Shown one piece after another: positions 7,517-16,738 of a stretch of 32,000 bases of DNA (position 1 is the first letter of the stretch; every line of letters starts with the position of its first letter). Below the pieces are notes generated by a model. It was not told the DNA's origin. It ran no database searches and saw nothing but the letters and a program-made list of their open reading frames with translations. A program made the translations under genes and the position numbers. Origin of the DNA: an uncultured archaeon (GTDB lineage: Archaea; Iainarchaeota; Iainarchaeia; Iainarchaeales; CSSED10-239); NCBI GenBank assembly GCA_964496765.1, contig CAZCAP010000001.1:63609-95608 (forward strand), read 5' to 3'.

Positions 7517-8701
7517 TTATTTTAAAATATAGGCCTGTAGAGGAGGAAATCCATTAAACTCAATGGAGCTATAGGTTGTTGTGTATGCTCCAGTACTAAA
7601 AATATATAGTCTATCTCCTTCTTTTATATCAGAAGGAAATGAATACTTGTAATCCATATACAAAACATCCATTGAATCACAGGTTGGTCCAGCAAGAATA
7701 TATTCTTTCCTATCCTTAGATGAATTTGGGTTGTCTACAAATATTGGATACTTAATTGATTCATTAATTGTTTCAACAAGCCCACCAAACAAACCACAAT
7801 CAACATACAACCATTCATATTGATTTAAAACAGATTTCTTGGATTTCATAACAACTTCTGTTACAATTACTCCAGCATCCCCCACAAGTGAACGCCCTGG
7901 CTCAATAATTATTTCAGGAAGATTTTCTCCAAAGTCTTCAGTTAATCTTCTTGTTATTTCGTTAGCATACACATCAAGTTCATGGGTTGGTTGAAGATAA
8001 TGTGCTGGAAAACCACCCCCAAGATTAATTAATTTCAATTGAATACCATCTGCTTTCACAGAATCAAATAAATACCTACATTGGGAGATTGCTGTATCCC
8101 ATTGTCCAACATCCCTCTGTTGGGATCCAACATGGAAGGATATTCCATAGGGAACTAAACCAAGATTCTTTGCTTCAATAATTAGATGATAAACCATGTC
8201 TGGATGAGCACCAAACTTCTTTGAGAGCGGCCAATCTGAATCTCCTCCTTCTGATAGAATTCTAAAAAACACGCAAGATCCTGGTGCATTTACAGCAAGC
8301 TTCTTAATGTCTGCTGTTGAATCTGAAGCAAATAGCCTAACTCCCTTTTCATAGGCATATCTAATATCTCTATCTTTCTTAATTGTATTTCCAAAAGATA
8401 TTCTATCAGGAGTAATTCCAAGATTTAATAGTTTATTAAGTTCAAAAATGGTTGCAATATCAAAATTAGAACCCCTATCTGCAAGAAGCTTAATTACTTC
8501 CTCATGGGGATTTGCTTTAACCGCATAATATATTTTTGCATAGGGTAGGTTTTTCCTAAGCTCACTATATCTCATATCTATTTTATTAAGATCTAAAATT
8601 AGAAAGGGAGTATTCTTATCTTTTGCAAACTCTTTAATGTTTGTAAACTCATCAAAGGTCATATAATTCAATATAGACCTGGAAGAAGAATCAATTACCA
8701 T
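7517..8701 (-). CDS. PLP-dependent group IV decarboxylase, ornithine/lysine/arginine decarboxylase-like, paralog B
   Basis: Carries the same motif set as paralog A and is collinear along its full length. By eye, roughly two-thirds to three-quarters of residues are identical to A. Confidence 0.85.
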   Translation of the reverse strand: MVIDSSSRSILNYMTFDEFTNIKEFAKDKNTPFLILDLNKIDMRYSELRKNLPYAKIYYAVKANPHEEVIKLLADRGSNFDIATIFELNKLLNLGITPDRISFGNTIKKDRDIRYAYEKGVRLFASDSTADIKKLAVNAPGSCVFFRILSEGGDSDWPLSKKFGAHPDMVYHLIIEAKNLGLVPYGISFHVGSQQRDVGQWDTAISQCRYLFDSVKADGIQLKLINLGGGFPAHYLQPTHELDVYANEITRRLTEDFGENLPEIIIEPGRSLVGDAGVIVTEVVMKSKKSVLNQYEWLYVDCGLFGGLVETINESIKYPIFVDNPNSSKDRKEYILAGPTCDSMDVLYMDYKYSFPSDIKEGDRLYIFSTGAYTTTYSSIEFNGFPPLQAYILK

Positions 8702-8875
8702 GCATACACACCATTATTATGATTGTCAAATTATTATTTTTAATCAAGAATTCGATAAAATCATTTATATATTTTGTTAAACCTAAATTGTTTTTATACA
8801 ATATATATTTAGAAATATATTTAAATCTTTTTATTATGCAAAACCAAAAATCATCTTTTTCCAATAGATTCTATA

Positions 8876-9097
8876 TTAAAATTTCTTAATGGAGCTTCCA
8901 ATTAATATTGCGGCTGTGATTATTCCAGCTGTTAATATAACATAGCCACCATCCAAATTATGATAGCCTGCCCAACCAGCACCAACCTTAATTACCCAGA
9001 TTGAAAATGCAAAGTAAACTATTGCAAGAACAATAAGTAGTAGTGAAGTAATCATTACTCCAACCAAAAAGCCTATTGAATTTAAAAATTTATTCAT
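8876..9097 (-). CDS. Small membrane protein (73 aa), unknown function
   Basis: It has two long hydrophobic segments. It begins 2 nt after the stop of the upstream 192-aa ORF, which suggests co-translation or an operon. Confidence 0.5.
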   Translation of the reverse strand: MNKFLNSIGFLVGVMITSLLLIVLAIVYFAFSIWVIKVGAGWAGYHNLDGGYVILTAGIITAAILIGSSIKKF

Positions 9098-9099
9098 AA

Positions 9100-9678
9100 T
9101 TATCTTTCTCCAACTCTATTCTTATCTGTAATAAATATAAATTTAGCTTCACTTACTAGTTTAAAAAATCTAATTTGTTTCTTCTTTTCCTTTGAATCAA
9201 ATATAATTAGATTCATACCTTCCCACAAAAGGAACCAACCAATTAATTCAAAAATAATTTGAAAAAAGGAGATTGCATTTAAGAATTCCTCATATCTAGG
9301 AAGTATATAAAAGAAAAGAAATATGGCAATAACTCCAAGCCCAATAAATAATGCTCCCTGCCTTACTAATTTTCTTTGTTTGGCTTTATGAACCAGATAT
9401 TCAATATTAAAGAACTCGTTTAATCTTTTCTTGATTGTTAGCTCTTCTTTAACTATTCTTTGCTCCTTTGGGATAACAAACACTATATGATATTTGTCAT
9501 AAACCAATTGCTGATCAACCCTATCAAGCTCAGAGATAAAATCATCTGAGATTGCCTTTGCACTATAGGGTCTTGGATCAAAATCAGAGAATATTTCACT
9601 ATACTTATCTATAGATAGTATTATGGTTTTTATATTACTTTTTTTTGGCTTATTTATCTTCCAAAACATGATTATCAA
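9100..9678 (-). CDS. Membrane protein, unknown function
   Basis: A 192-aa ORF in an AT-rich genome where chance ORFs are short. It has a soluble N-terminal half and two C-terminal TM helices (GALFIGLGVIAIFLFFYIL; IIFELIGWFLLWEGMNLIIF). Confidence 0.55.
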   Translation of the reverse strand: MIIMFWKINKPKKSNIKTIILSIDKYSEIFSDFDPRPYSAKAISDDFISELDRVDQQLVYDKYHIVFVIPKEQRIVKEELTIKKRLNEFFNIEYLVHKAKQRKLVRQGALFIGLGVIAIFLFFYILPRYEEFLNAISFFQIIFELIGWFLLWEGMNLIIFDSKEKKKQIRFFKLVSEAKFIFITDKNRVGER

Positions 9679-9780
9679 CCAATATTATATATACAAATGG
9701 ATATAAATAAATATGTATTTATAAATGTTATAGACAATAAAATACATATTTAAAAAAGAACCAATTTGGAGCTGAGGACT

Positions 9781-10491
9781 ATGGGACTTGCTAAAGGAAT
9801 TAGAAAAATAGTAATTAAAGAAAGAATGAAACTTAGGAAACCAATAGAAAACAAGAAAAATTATACGGTTACACCTAAATACTTTGAGATTGGGGTTTCA
9901 AGAGAATCTAGAGCTCTTCTTGACAAGAACCCAGGATTAATAAAAAGCATACTTACCTTATCAAAAGAAATAGGAGTTATTACAGCAAAGGGAGTAATCA
10001 AGCAATATTCTGATCCAAAAGGTGGGTTTACTCTTGATCTAATTAGTAGAAATAAAATATTCACTCTTGGAGATAAGGCAACAAATGCAATATATAAATT
10101 AAGTTTAAAAAATCATAACCAAAAATACATTGTGGATGTTGGGATATCAAATTATAATTATGTAACCAGATCAGTTCAAACTGATGTAATTAAGAAAGCT
10201 GGTTTCAATGTGGTTGATCCAATTCATGCTGTGCTGGATAAAAAGAATAACAAAGGATTTGCAATTTATCCTGATTTTTCACAAAATTTAAAATCCATAT
10301 CTGAACTAGGTTTATCAAGAAAGATGTACACAGCAATGAAAGAAAAATTAGATGATGTAAACAAGAAGGTAATTCAAACAATTAGGGAACACCACGGAGC
10401 ACTTAATGTTACAGCAGATAGCACAATTAAGATAACTATGGAAAACATTAGAATTGACCCAAAAACAAAGAAGATATTTATTATTTTCTAA
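9781..10491 (+). CDS. Hypothetical basic protein, no recognisable family
   Basis: The track ORF begins at a TTG at 9766. I prefer the ATG at 9781 (MGLAKGIRK...), which is preceded by gctgagg. I recognise no motifs. Confidence 0.55.
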   Translation: MGLAKGIRKIVIKERMKLRKPIENKKNYTVTPKYFEIGVSRESRALLDKNPGLIKSILTLSKEIGVITAKGVIKQYSDPKGGFTLDLISRNKIFTLGDKATNAIYKLSLKNHNQKYIVDVGISNYNYVTRSVQTDVIKKAGFNVVDPIHAVLDKKNNKGFAIYPDFSQNLKSISELGLSRKMYTAMKEKLDDVNKKVIQTIREHHGALNVTADSTIKITMENIRIDPKTKKIFIIF

Positions 10492-10500
10492 ATATTATCT

Positions 10501-10992
10501 TTAGTTTAAAATATATATTGAGATTGTAAGAATTGTTGCAAACAAAACCCATAGAGCATATGGAATTAATAAATATGCAGATACTCTATTAATTTTATAA
10601 AAATAAACTATTGTAAACACTATCAATATCTCTAATATAACTATTTCTATACTTGATATTAATAAGAGATGTGCTTCAAAGAAAAGGTAACACCATAGTG
10701 CATTTAAAAAAAGTTGAATAATAAATAAAATCTTAGCAATATTAAATGTATTTCTTAACTTATGATGAACTTTTGAAATAAGTAATAAATAAAAGGATAC
10801 ACCAATCAAAATAAAAAGAATTGTCCAGGCTATTGGGAAAACAAAGTTTGGTGGTAGAAAGAAGGGTCTATTAATCAGCAAATACCAGGTAGCTGTGTTG
10901 CGTCCAGTAAAAAAAGATCCAATATATGCTGTTAATGCTACTAGAAACACAGACAACAAAAGTGCCTTTAGCTTAAGCTTAACTTTATTCAT
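10501..10992 (-). CDS. tspO: TspO/MBR family tryptophan-rich sensory protein
   Basis: A five-TM, 163-aa protein with TATWYLLINRPFFLPPNFVFPIAWTILF and NALWCYLFF, the TspO signatures (WY..L.kP...PP...F...W..LY; N..W...FF). Confidence 0.85.
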   Translation of the reverse strand: MNKVKLKLKALLLSVFLVALTAYIGSFFTGRNTATWYLLINRPFFLPPNFVFPIAWTILFILIGVSFYLLLISKVHHKLRNTFNIAKILFIIQLFLNALWCYLFFEAHLLLISSIEIVILEILIVFTIVYFYKINRVSAYLLIPYALWVLFATILTISIYILN

Positions 10993-11011
10993 ATCAAAAG
11001 AATAATAGGAC

Positions 11012-11024
11012 AGATTTATATTTG
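11012..11024 (-). promoter_or_regulatory. Archaeal TATA-box-like element upstream of tspO
   Basis: agatttatatttg, ~25 nt upstream of the ATG at 10992. This would imply a leaderless or near-leaderless mRNA. Confidence 0.3.
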
Positions 11025-11064
11025 TATCTTTCGAAACAATTTCTTTAATTATAATATATTAAAC

Positions 11065-12390
11065 CTATCTTCTTCTAAATGGTTTTTTATTAACCGTATG
11101 GGCTCTATCTACATTATGTGATGAGGTTCTTTCTCTTCTTGGAGATGAGAATCTATCCACATGATCTTGACTTCTATCTCTTATGGAAGAATGATTTCTT
11201 TCTCTACCACGTGATGATACTCCACCTCTATTTGAAGATCTATTTCCAGAAGGGCCTCTAATTGGTTTTGTAATAACTAGTAATTTAAAGTTAGGTAATG
11301 TTTTTAGTTTAGCCTTAAAATTATATCCTCTTAGAATTCTTGTAAAATCATTAACCTCACTTGAAGTTATTATGGTTATTGCAAGCCCTTTCTTGCCAGC
11401 TCTTGCAGTTCTTCCAATTCTATGAATATATTGATTATCATCTCTTGGTAAATCAAAATTATAAATATATTCTAAATCATCTATGTGTATTCCTCTTGCA
11501 GAAACATCTGTAGAGATTAATACAGCTGTATTGTGTTTGTGGTATTCTGCTAAAGTGTTTGTTCTTTTGTTTTGCTCTAGCCCACCATGTAACCTAAAAG
11601 CTTCTATTTTGTTTTCCTTTAGATTATGATAGATTAGATCAACCTCTTGTCTTGTATTACAAAAAACAATTGATTTCTTATCTGAATGATTTGATAGTAA
11701 ATCAACTAATAATGATATCTTATTGTGTTGCTTAACAATATAATAATCTTGCAATAGGTTTGTTGGATCAACATATGAATCAATTACAATTCTTTTTGCA
11801 TTCTTAATGTATTCTTTTTCAATTTTAGATACATCTCTTGTAATTGTTGCAGAAAACAAAAGAATTTGCTTTTCTTTTGGGGTTTGCTTGAATATTTTTG
11901 TAATGTCATTGTAAAAGCCCATATCACACATTCTATCTGCTTCATCTAAGATTAGGTACTTAATGTTTTCAAGTCTTAGGTTACCTCTATTCATTTGATC
12001 AAGGAGTCTTCCAGGAGTTCCAACAACTATATCTGCTTTTTTTAAATCTGTTGCCTGCCTACTAATGGATGTTCCTCCAAAAACTGCACAGGTAAATAGT
12101 CCAGTGTGTTTTGAGAGCTTAACTGCTTCATCTAATATTTGATTAGCGAGCTCCCTTGTGGGGGTTACAATTAAAACTTTTATTTTTTTGTCTTGTTTTA
12201 TTTGAGAACCAACACCAGCAAGAAATGCTAATGTTTTACCAGATCCTGTAGAGGATTGTACAATTAAGTTATTCCCAGAAAGTATTTCTGGAATAGATTT
12301 TTTTTGAACTTCAGTTGGTTCAGTGAACCCTTGATGTTCAATTGATTTTAATATATCTTTGTTTATTTTTAGTTTTTCAAATTCGTTCAT
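11065..12390 (-). CDS. DEAD-box ATP-dependent RNA helicase with an Arg/Ser-rich C-terminal tail
   Basis: Q-motif region (GFTEPTEVQ), STGSGKT, PTRELA, DEAD, SAT and HRIGRTARAG are all present. The last ~70 aa are a low-complexity R/S/G tail. Confidence 0.95.
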   Translation of the reverse strand: MNEFEKLKINKDILKSIEHQGFTEPTEVQKKSIPEILSGNNLIVQSSTGSGKTLAFLAGVGSQIKQDKKIKVLIVTPTRELANQILDEAVKLSKHTGLFTCAVFGGTSISRQATDLKKADIVVGTPGRLLDQMNRGNLRLENIKYLILDEADRMCDMGFYNDITKIFKQTPKEKQILLFSATITRDVSKIEKEYIKNAKRIVIDSYVDPTNLLQDYYIVKQHNKISLLVDLLSNHSDKKSIVFCNTRQEVDLIYHNLKENKIEAFRLHGGLEQNKRTNTLAEYHKHNTAVLISTDVSARGIHIDDLEYIYNFDLPRDDNQYIHRIGRTARAGKKGLAITIITSSEVNDFTRILRGYNFKAKLKTLPNFKLLVITKPIRGPSGNRSSNRGGVSSRGRERNHSSIRDRSQDHVDRFSSPRRERTSSHNVDRAHTVNKKPFRRR

Positions 12391-12546
12391 AAATTATTCT
12401 TATCCTATTTTTGTATTTTAAAAGAGTGACTTCTTTTAAATTTTATTATCTCTTCGATTTTAAATTAAGAAAAAGTTACTTCTAGTAATATATAATATAC
12501 TATAGAAAGAATATATAAATATATGGAAAATTCAAAAATCTAGTAA

Positions 12547-13956
12547 TTATAACCCAATTGTATTTTTAAAAGAAACATCTTTTACATATTTTTTAGTGCA
12601 TCTTTCTTTATAGGTATCAATAATTACCTTAAGATATTTTTTATTTAGATTAGATAAATCAGTAACATTGAATTGATTAGAAGTCCAAAGTGGTAAGTAA
12701 TAATTTAATAACCATTCATCCCAACTATTAACCATTTTAATACCATATTTTTTTGGATTATTAGATATAGCACTTCCTGGATAGGGCTTAAACAAGCTAG
12801 GGAGTATAAAATCAACTTGTTTAGTTAAAATTAAGCGCTTAATTTCATTTAAATTTTGGTTAATTGTTTTATTAGTAGTACCTGGAAGTGCAATCATCCA
12901 ATACACCCCAATTAATGCATTAGAATTGTCTCTTATGATTTGCATTGCTTCTTTCATCTGGCTATAACTTAATTGCTTGTTATTCTTATGAAGAACAGAA
13001 TCATTACAATCTTCAACACCCAAGTTAATCAGTTTAAAATTTGCTTCATCCAACTTTCTTACAATTTCTGGTGTGGTATGATTTGCTCTCAAGTCACAAA
13101 CAAAATATAAATTATTTAAATTTGATTTGATAATTGCATTCATTAATTTCACAAATCTGTTAACATCAATGCAAATTATATTGTCTGAAAAATGAATGGG
13201 GGTATTTGGAAGAAGGTGCTTATTTAAAAACTTTAATTCAGCAATAATATCGGTTGTTTTTCTAAATCTTATTGGGCCCTGAAACTTTGCACAAAATGCA
13301 CAATTATATAAACATCCTCTCATATAGGTAATGTTTATATTATAATTATTCAAATCATCATCAAATAAAGAATAATCAGATGTGGGAATGCGTTCATTAC
13401 CCAAATAAGTAATAGATTTATTAATTACAATTCTATCTTTCTGTTTATACCCAATACCATTTATTTTACTAAGAGGTTTGCTTGTTAATAATTTCAGAAA
13501 AGAAATCTCTCCTTCTTCCAAGACTACAAAATCTACAAATTTAGATTTTAAATAAGTTTTAGGATCATTAGTTGGACCTGAACCACCAATTACAACTTTA
13601 ATGTTTGGATTACTTTTTTTAATATTTTTTGCAATGTTTAAAACAATAGAAAGAAAAGGAGATTTTGCGGTTATACCAATATAATCATATTTTTTTATAT
13701 TTGAATTAATTTTATTCAAATCCAAATAATTGCAGTAGTCTATCTTAATACCTTTAATATTCGTTTTAAGATAGGTGCTCAAGGTTAGTAATCCTATTGA
13801 AAAGGTTTTTTTTGTGTAATTTATTACAGATGCACCTTTTGTTTCTGCCCACACATCCTCTAGTTCACACTTAAGCCTATTCAACCTTTCAAAATACTTT
13901 GGTTGAACAAAGGGAACTGAAGGAATATCAATTAAACCAATTCTCAAACAAAACAC
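12547..13956 (-). CDS. B12-binding-domain radical SAM enzyme (class B, methyltransferase-like)
   Basis: The N-terminal Rossmann-like region (IGITAKSPF...VVIGGSGPT) is followed by the GCLYNCAFC CxxxCxxC cluster. It overlaps the upstream gene by 29 nt. Confidence 0.8.
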   Translation of the reverse strand: MFCLRIGLIDIPSVPFVQPKYFERLNRLKCELEDVWAETKGASVINYTKKTFSIGLLTLSTYLKTNIKGIKIDYCNYLDLNKINSNIKKYDYIGITAKSPFLSIVLNIAKNIKKSNPNIKVVIGGSGPTNDPKTYLKSKFVDFVVLEEGEISFLKLLTSKPLSKINGIGYKQKDRIVINKSITYLGNERIPTSDYSLFDDDLNNYNINITYMRGCLYNCAFCAKFQGPIRFRKTTDIIAELKFLNKHLLPNTPIHFSDNIICIDVNRFVKLMNAIIKSNLNNLYFVCDLRANHTTPEIVRKLDEANFKLINLGVEDCNDSVLHKNNKQLSYSQMKEAMQIIRDNSNALIGVYWMIALPGTTNKTINQNLNEIKRLILTKQVDFILPSLFKPYPGSAISNNPKKYGIKMVNSWDEWLLNYYLPLWTSNQFNVTDLSNLNKKYLKVIIDTYKERCTKKYVKDVSFKNTIGL

Positions 13957-14869
13957 CTTTTTTATTATACAATTGATTTCTAGGATCGCAATTTTTACAA
14001 GTTGGTTTCTCTAGTATAGGACTTTTTTTAATTTTAGTGTATATTTTATTTAGATCCTCTTTTTTAAAATTACCAAACAAACAAAAACTATCCGAGTTAT
14101 TATCAAATGAATTACATCTATATATATTCCCATTAATATCTATAAAAATCATTTTCTCGCATATTCTACAAGCATTTTTTAAATAGAACTTCGAAGTATA
14201 TTCTTCACGCTCTAAATTATCAAAATCAATATTTGCTTTAAAATTAAATGAAGAAATTATCTTGGATTTATTTTTAATATTATTATAAATAGTGTTAAAT
14301 TCAATCCATTGCGTCTTAGTTAAATGCAAATCATTATTAAACTTAACTGGAATTAAGTGCCATTCATCTACTTTTTCAATAAAATCAAATTCACTAAATT
14401 TAATAATTTTTTTATAATTAACATTAGTTATAACTGTATTTATTGATGTTTTTATATTCATGCGTTGTGCTTTTTTAATTCCAGAAATAACAATTGTAGT
14501 TAAATTCTTGATTCCTCTATTCTTTGAATGATAATCATCAACACTATCTAAAGAAAAAATGATTCCATTAGGCAACTTATATTTAAATAATTTATCCCAA
14601 TTATCAACTAAAGTGCTTCCATTGGTTATCAACCCAAAATTCAGATTATTATCCTTTAAAAATTTATTTAACAAAGTAAACTTTGGATAGAGAGTTGGCT
14701 CCCCACCAGTGAATATTACATTAGCATATCCTTTACTCTTAAAAAATAAAAGTATATCCAATAATGTATTATACTTAAAATGCTCTGGCTTTCGTTTCCA
14801 AATACTACACATTCTACAATTTGCATTACATTTAGTTGTAAGGCGTATAAATATAATCTTAGAATTCAT
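13928..14869 (-). CDS. Radical SAM enzyme with a C-terminal Cys-rich SPASM/twitch-like extension
   Basis: TTKCNANCRMC (CxxxCxxC) and FTGGEPTLY are present. The C-terminal cysteines are CRICEK...YRCNSF...FCLFG...CKNCDP. Confidence 0.8.
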   Translation of the reverse strand: MNSKIIFIRLTTKCNANCRMCSIWKRKPEHFKYNTLLDILLFFKSKGYANVIFTGGEPTLYPKFTLLNKFLKDNNLNFGLITNGSTLVDNWDKLFKYKLPNGIIFSLDSVDDYHSKNRGIKNLTTIVISGIKKAQRMNIKTSINTVITNVNYKKIIKFSEFDFIEKVDEWHLIPVKFNNDLHLTKTQWIEFNTIYNNIKNKSKIISSFNFKANIDFDNLEREEYTSKFYLKNACRICEKMIFIDINGNIYRCNSFDNNSDSFCLFGNFKKEDLNKIYTKIKKSPILEKPTCKNCDPRNQLYNKKGVLFENWFN

Positions 14870-14872
14870 ATT

Positions 14873-15961
14873 TTATTCATTTATTTTAAACTTTTTAGTG
14901 AAATCAGAATAATCTATAAAGGGCATAAATGTAAACCCTATATGTTTATTCCAAAAATCAGTTGCATCTTGTTTTGTAGAGGCATCAAATTTACCTAGTT
15001 TTTTTATAATTGGTTCTTCAATTAGTGGTAAAGGATAGATCCTTTCAAGAAAAGGATTCTTTTTAAGAAGTTCAATTGCTTGAACCTTATTATTTACAAG
15101 AAACACAATTCTTTGATAAGCAGACGTGTAACTAGGAGCAGTTTTTTGAACTTTAATATATTTATATTTAGTTAATTTATTAATTATTTTGTTCCCATTA
15201 TTAATCCTATCTTCTAATAACAATGTAAAATACTTTAATTGAGGCAATAATACAGCCGCCTGAAATTCAGTCATTAAATTTTTACCACCAATAAATTCAG
15301 AAACAAATACCCTGTCTTTATTTTGAACTAGGCCTGCATGTCTTATTGCCTTTGCATAATCATATACCTTTTTTGATGAAGTTACAAATAGACCTCCATC
15401 TCCACAACTAATGTGTTTACAACTATTAAAACTAAAAGCAGAACAATCTCCAAAAGTTCCAACTGATTTTTTTTTATATTTTGCACCAAATGCTTGTGCA
15501 CAATCCTCGATCAAATAAATTTTGTTTGATTTACAAAAATCACTCACTTCTTTAATCCCTGATGGATTTCCAAATAAATGAACAAAAATTATAGCTTTTG
15601 TTTTCTTGGTTACGCATTTTTTAAGTTCAATCACATCTAAATTAAATGTATTTGGATTTGTTTTACAGAGTACAGGTGTAGCTCCCACATTTAGAATTGC
15701 TTGTGCAGTAGCAATAAAAGTAAAACTGGGGATAATAACTTCATCCCTTTCTTTAATATTTAGTGCTTTAATACACATTTCTAAAGCACTACTTCCTGAA
15801 TTAATTGTTAAACATTTTGCACCAATTAATGATTCACATTTACTTTGTACTTTATTATTAAATTCGTCTCTATAAATATTCCATTTCTTATTATCTATTA
15901 ATTTATTTAGATTTTTTTTAATATCTAGGTCAATTTGATTAAAAACATTAATTATATTCAT
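14873..15961 (-). CDS. DegT/DnrJ/EryC1/StrS-family PLP-dependent sugar aminotransferase
   Basis: NSGSSALE, IIPSFTFIATA, IEDCAQAFGA and FSFNSCKHISCGDGG (PLP lysine context) are typical of the family. Confidence 0.85.
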   Translation of the reverse strand: MNIINVFNQIDLDIKKNLNKLIDNKKWNIYRDEFNNKVQSKCESLIGAKCLTINSGSSALEMCIKALNIKERDEVIIPSFTFIATAQAILNVGATPVLCKTNPNTFNLDVIELKKCVTKKTKAIIFVHLFGNPSGIKEVSDFCKSNKIYLIEDCAQAFGAKYKKKSVGTFGDCSAFSFNSCKHISCGDGGLFVTSSKKVYDYAKAIRHAGLVQNKDRVFVSEFIGGKNLMTEFQAAVLLPQLKYFTLLLEDRINNGNKIINKLTKYKYIKVQKTAPSYTSAYQRIVFLVNNKVQAIELLKKNPFLERIYPLPLIEEPIIKKLGKFDASTKQDATDFWNKHIGFTFMPFIDYSDFTKKFKINE

Positions 15962-15975
15962 AATATTATCACTTC

Positions 15976-16725
15976 TTAAAATGTAGAATCATCTTTATCT
16001 TGCCATTCATTTTCCAGCTTATCTATGTATTCTTGTTTTATTTCAAAATATTTCTTTTGAACAATAGTTAATCCTGCTCCAAATTTGAAATCAAAAGATT
16101 GAAGCTCCATATCTTTTAAAATTTCTAATAGTACCTTTCTTGGGCCACTCCATTTTGGGTTTTTAGACCTACTAATGGTATCATGAAATAAAATTAATGC
16201 ATTTTCTAATAACTTATCCTTAAAAGCACCCCAATCGAATTTAACAAATTCATAAAAATGAGAAGCATCAATACATAATAAATCAATAGAATCTATACCT
16301 TTATAGACATCAGTATTTACAAATTCTTGAGTAGTAAATAAATAATGTTGAATTATATTTCCCACATCAAAACTATTGAACCACTCTTTTGTTTTTTGTG
16401 TATCTTTCCAAAAGTCATCATCCAAAGAAGGATCAATAAAGTAGGCTTTACAATCAATATCATTATCTTTCATACCTTTCGCAATTAAAATTGGTAAAAA
16501 ACCTCTACCTAATCCAATCATAACAGCTATTTTGGGTTTATACAATCTTGCAAATGAATAGTATAACCAACCTAAACCAATATTTTTAGTATTTATGTCT
16601 TTTTCTTCGTTATAGTCATATCGTCCACCAAATGATGGTTCTCCAGCAGCTACTGAGCCCTGTCCAGTTCTATTAGGATAGAGATCCTTATTTGATAAAA
16701 AATTATCTAACCAACTATCTAGCAT
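15976..16725 (-). CDS. Class I SAM-dependent methyltransferase-fold protein (Methyltransf_24 / TylF-CmcI-like)
   Basis: VMIGLGRGF is a glycine-rich motif I variant. LLCIDASHFYEFV and ILFHDT are typical of this subfamily. The assignment is tentative. Confidence 0.55.
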   Translation of the reverse strand: MLDSWLDNFLSNKDLYPNRTGQGSVAAGEPSFGGRYDYNEEKDINTKNIGLGWLYYSFARLYKPKIAVMIGLGRGFLPILIAKGMKDNDIDCKAYFIDPSLDDDFWKDTQKTKEWFNSFDVGNIIQHYLFTTQEFVNTDVYKGIDSIDLLCIDASHFYEFVKFDWGAFKDKLLENALILFHDTISRSKNPKWSGPRKVLLEILKDMELQSFDFKFGAGLTIVQKKYFEIKQEYIDKLENEWQDKDDSTF

Positions 16726-16738
16726 TTATATCACCTAA

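Noticed and set aside
12391-12546. Repeated gtgacttct / gttacttct words in the helicase upstream region as a regulatory repeat
   Set aside because: These are two imperfect 9-mers only, which is insufficient to distinguish from chance.
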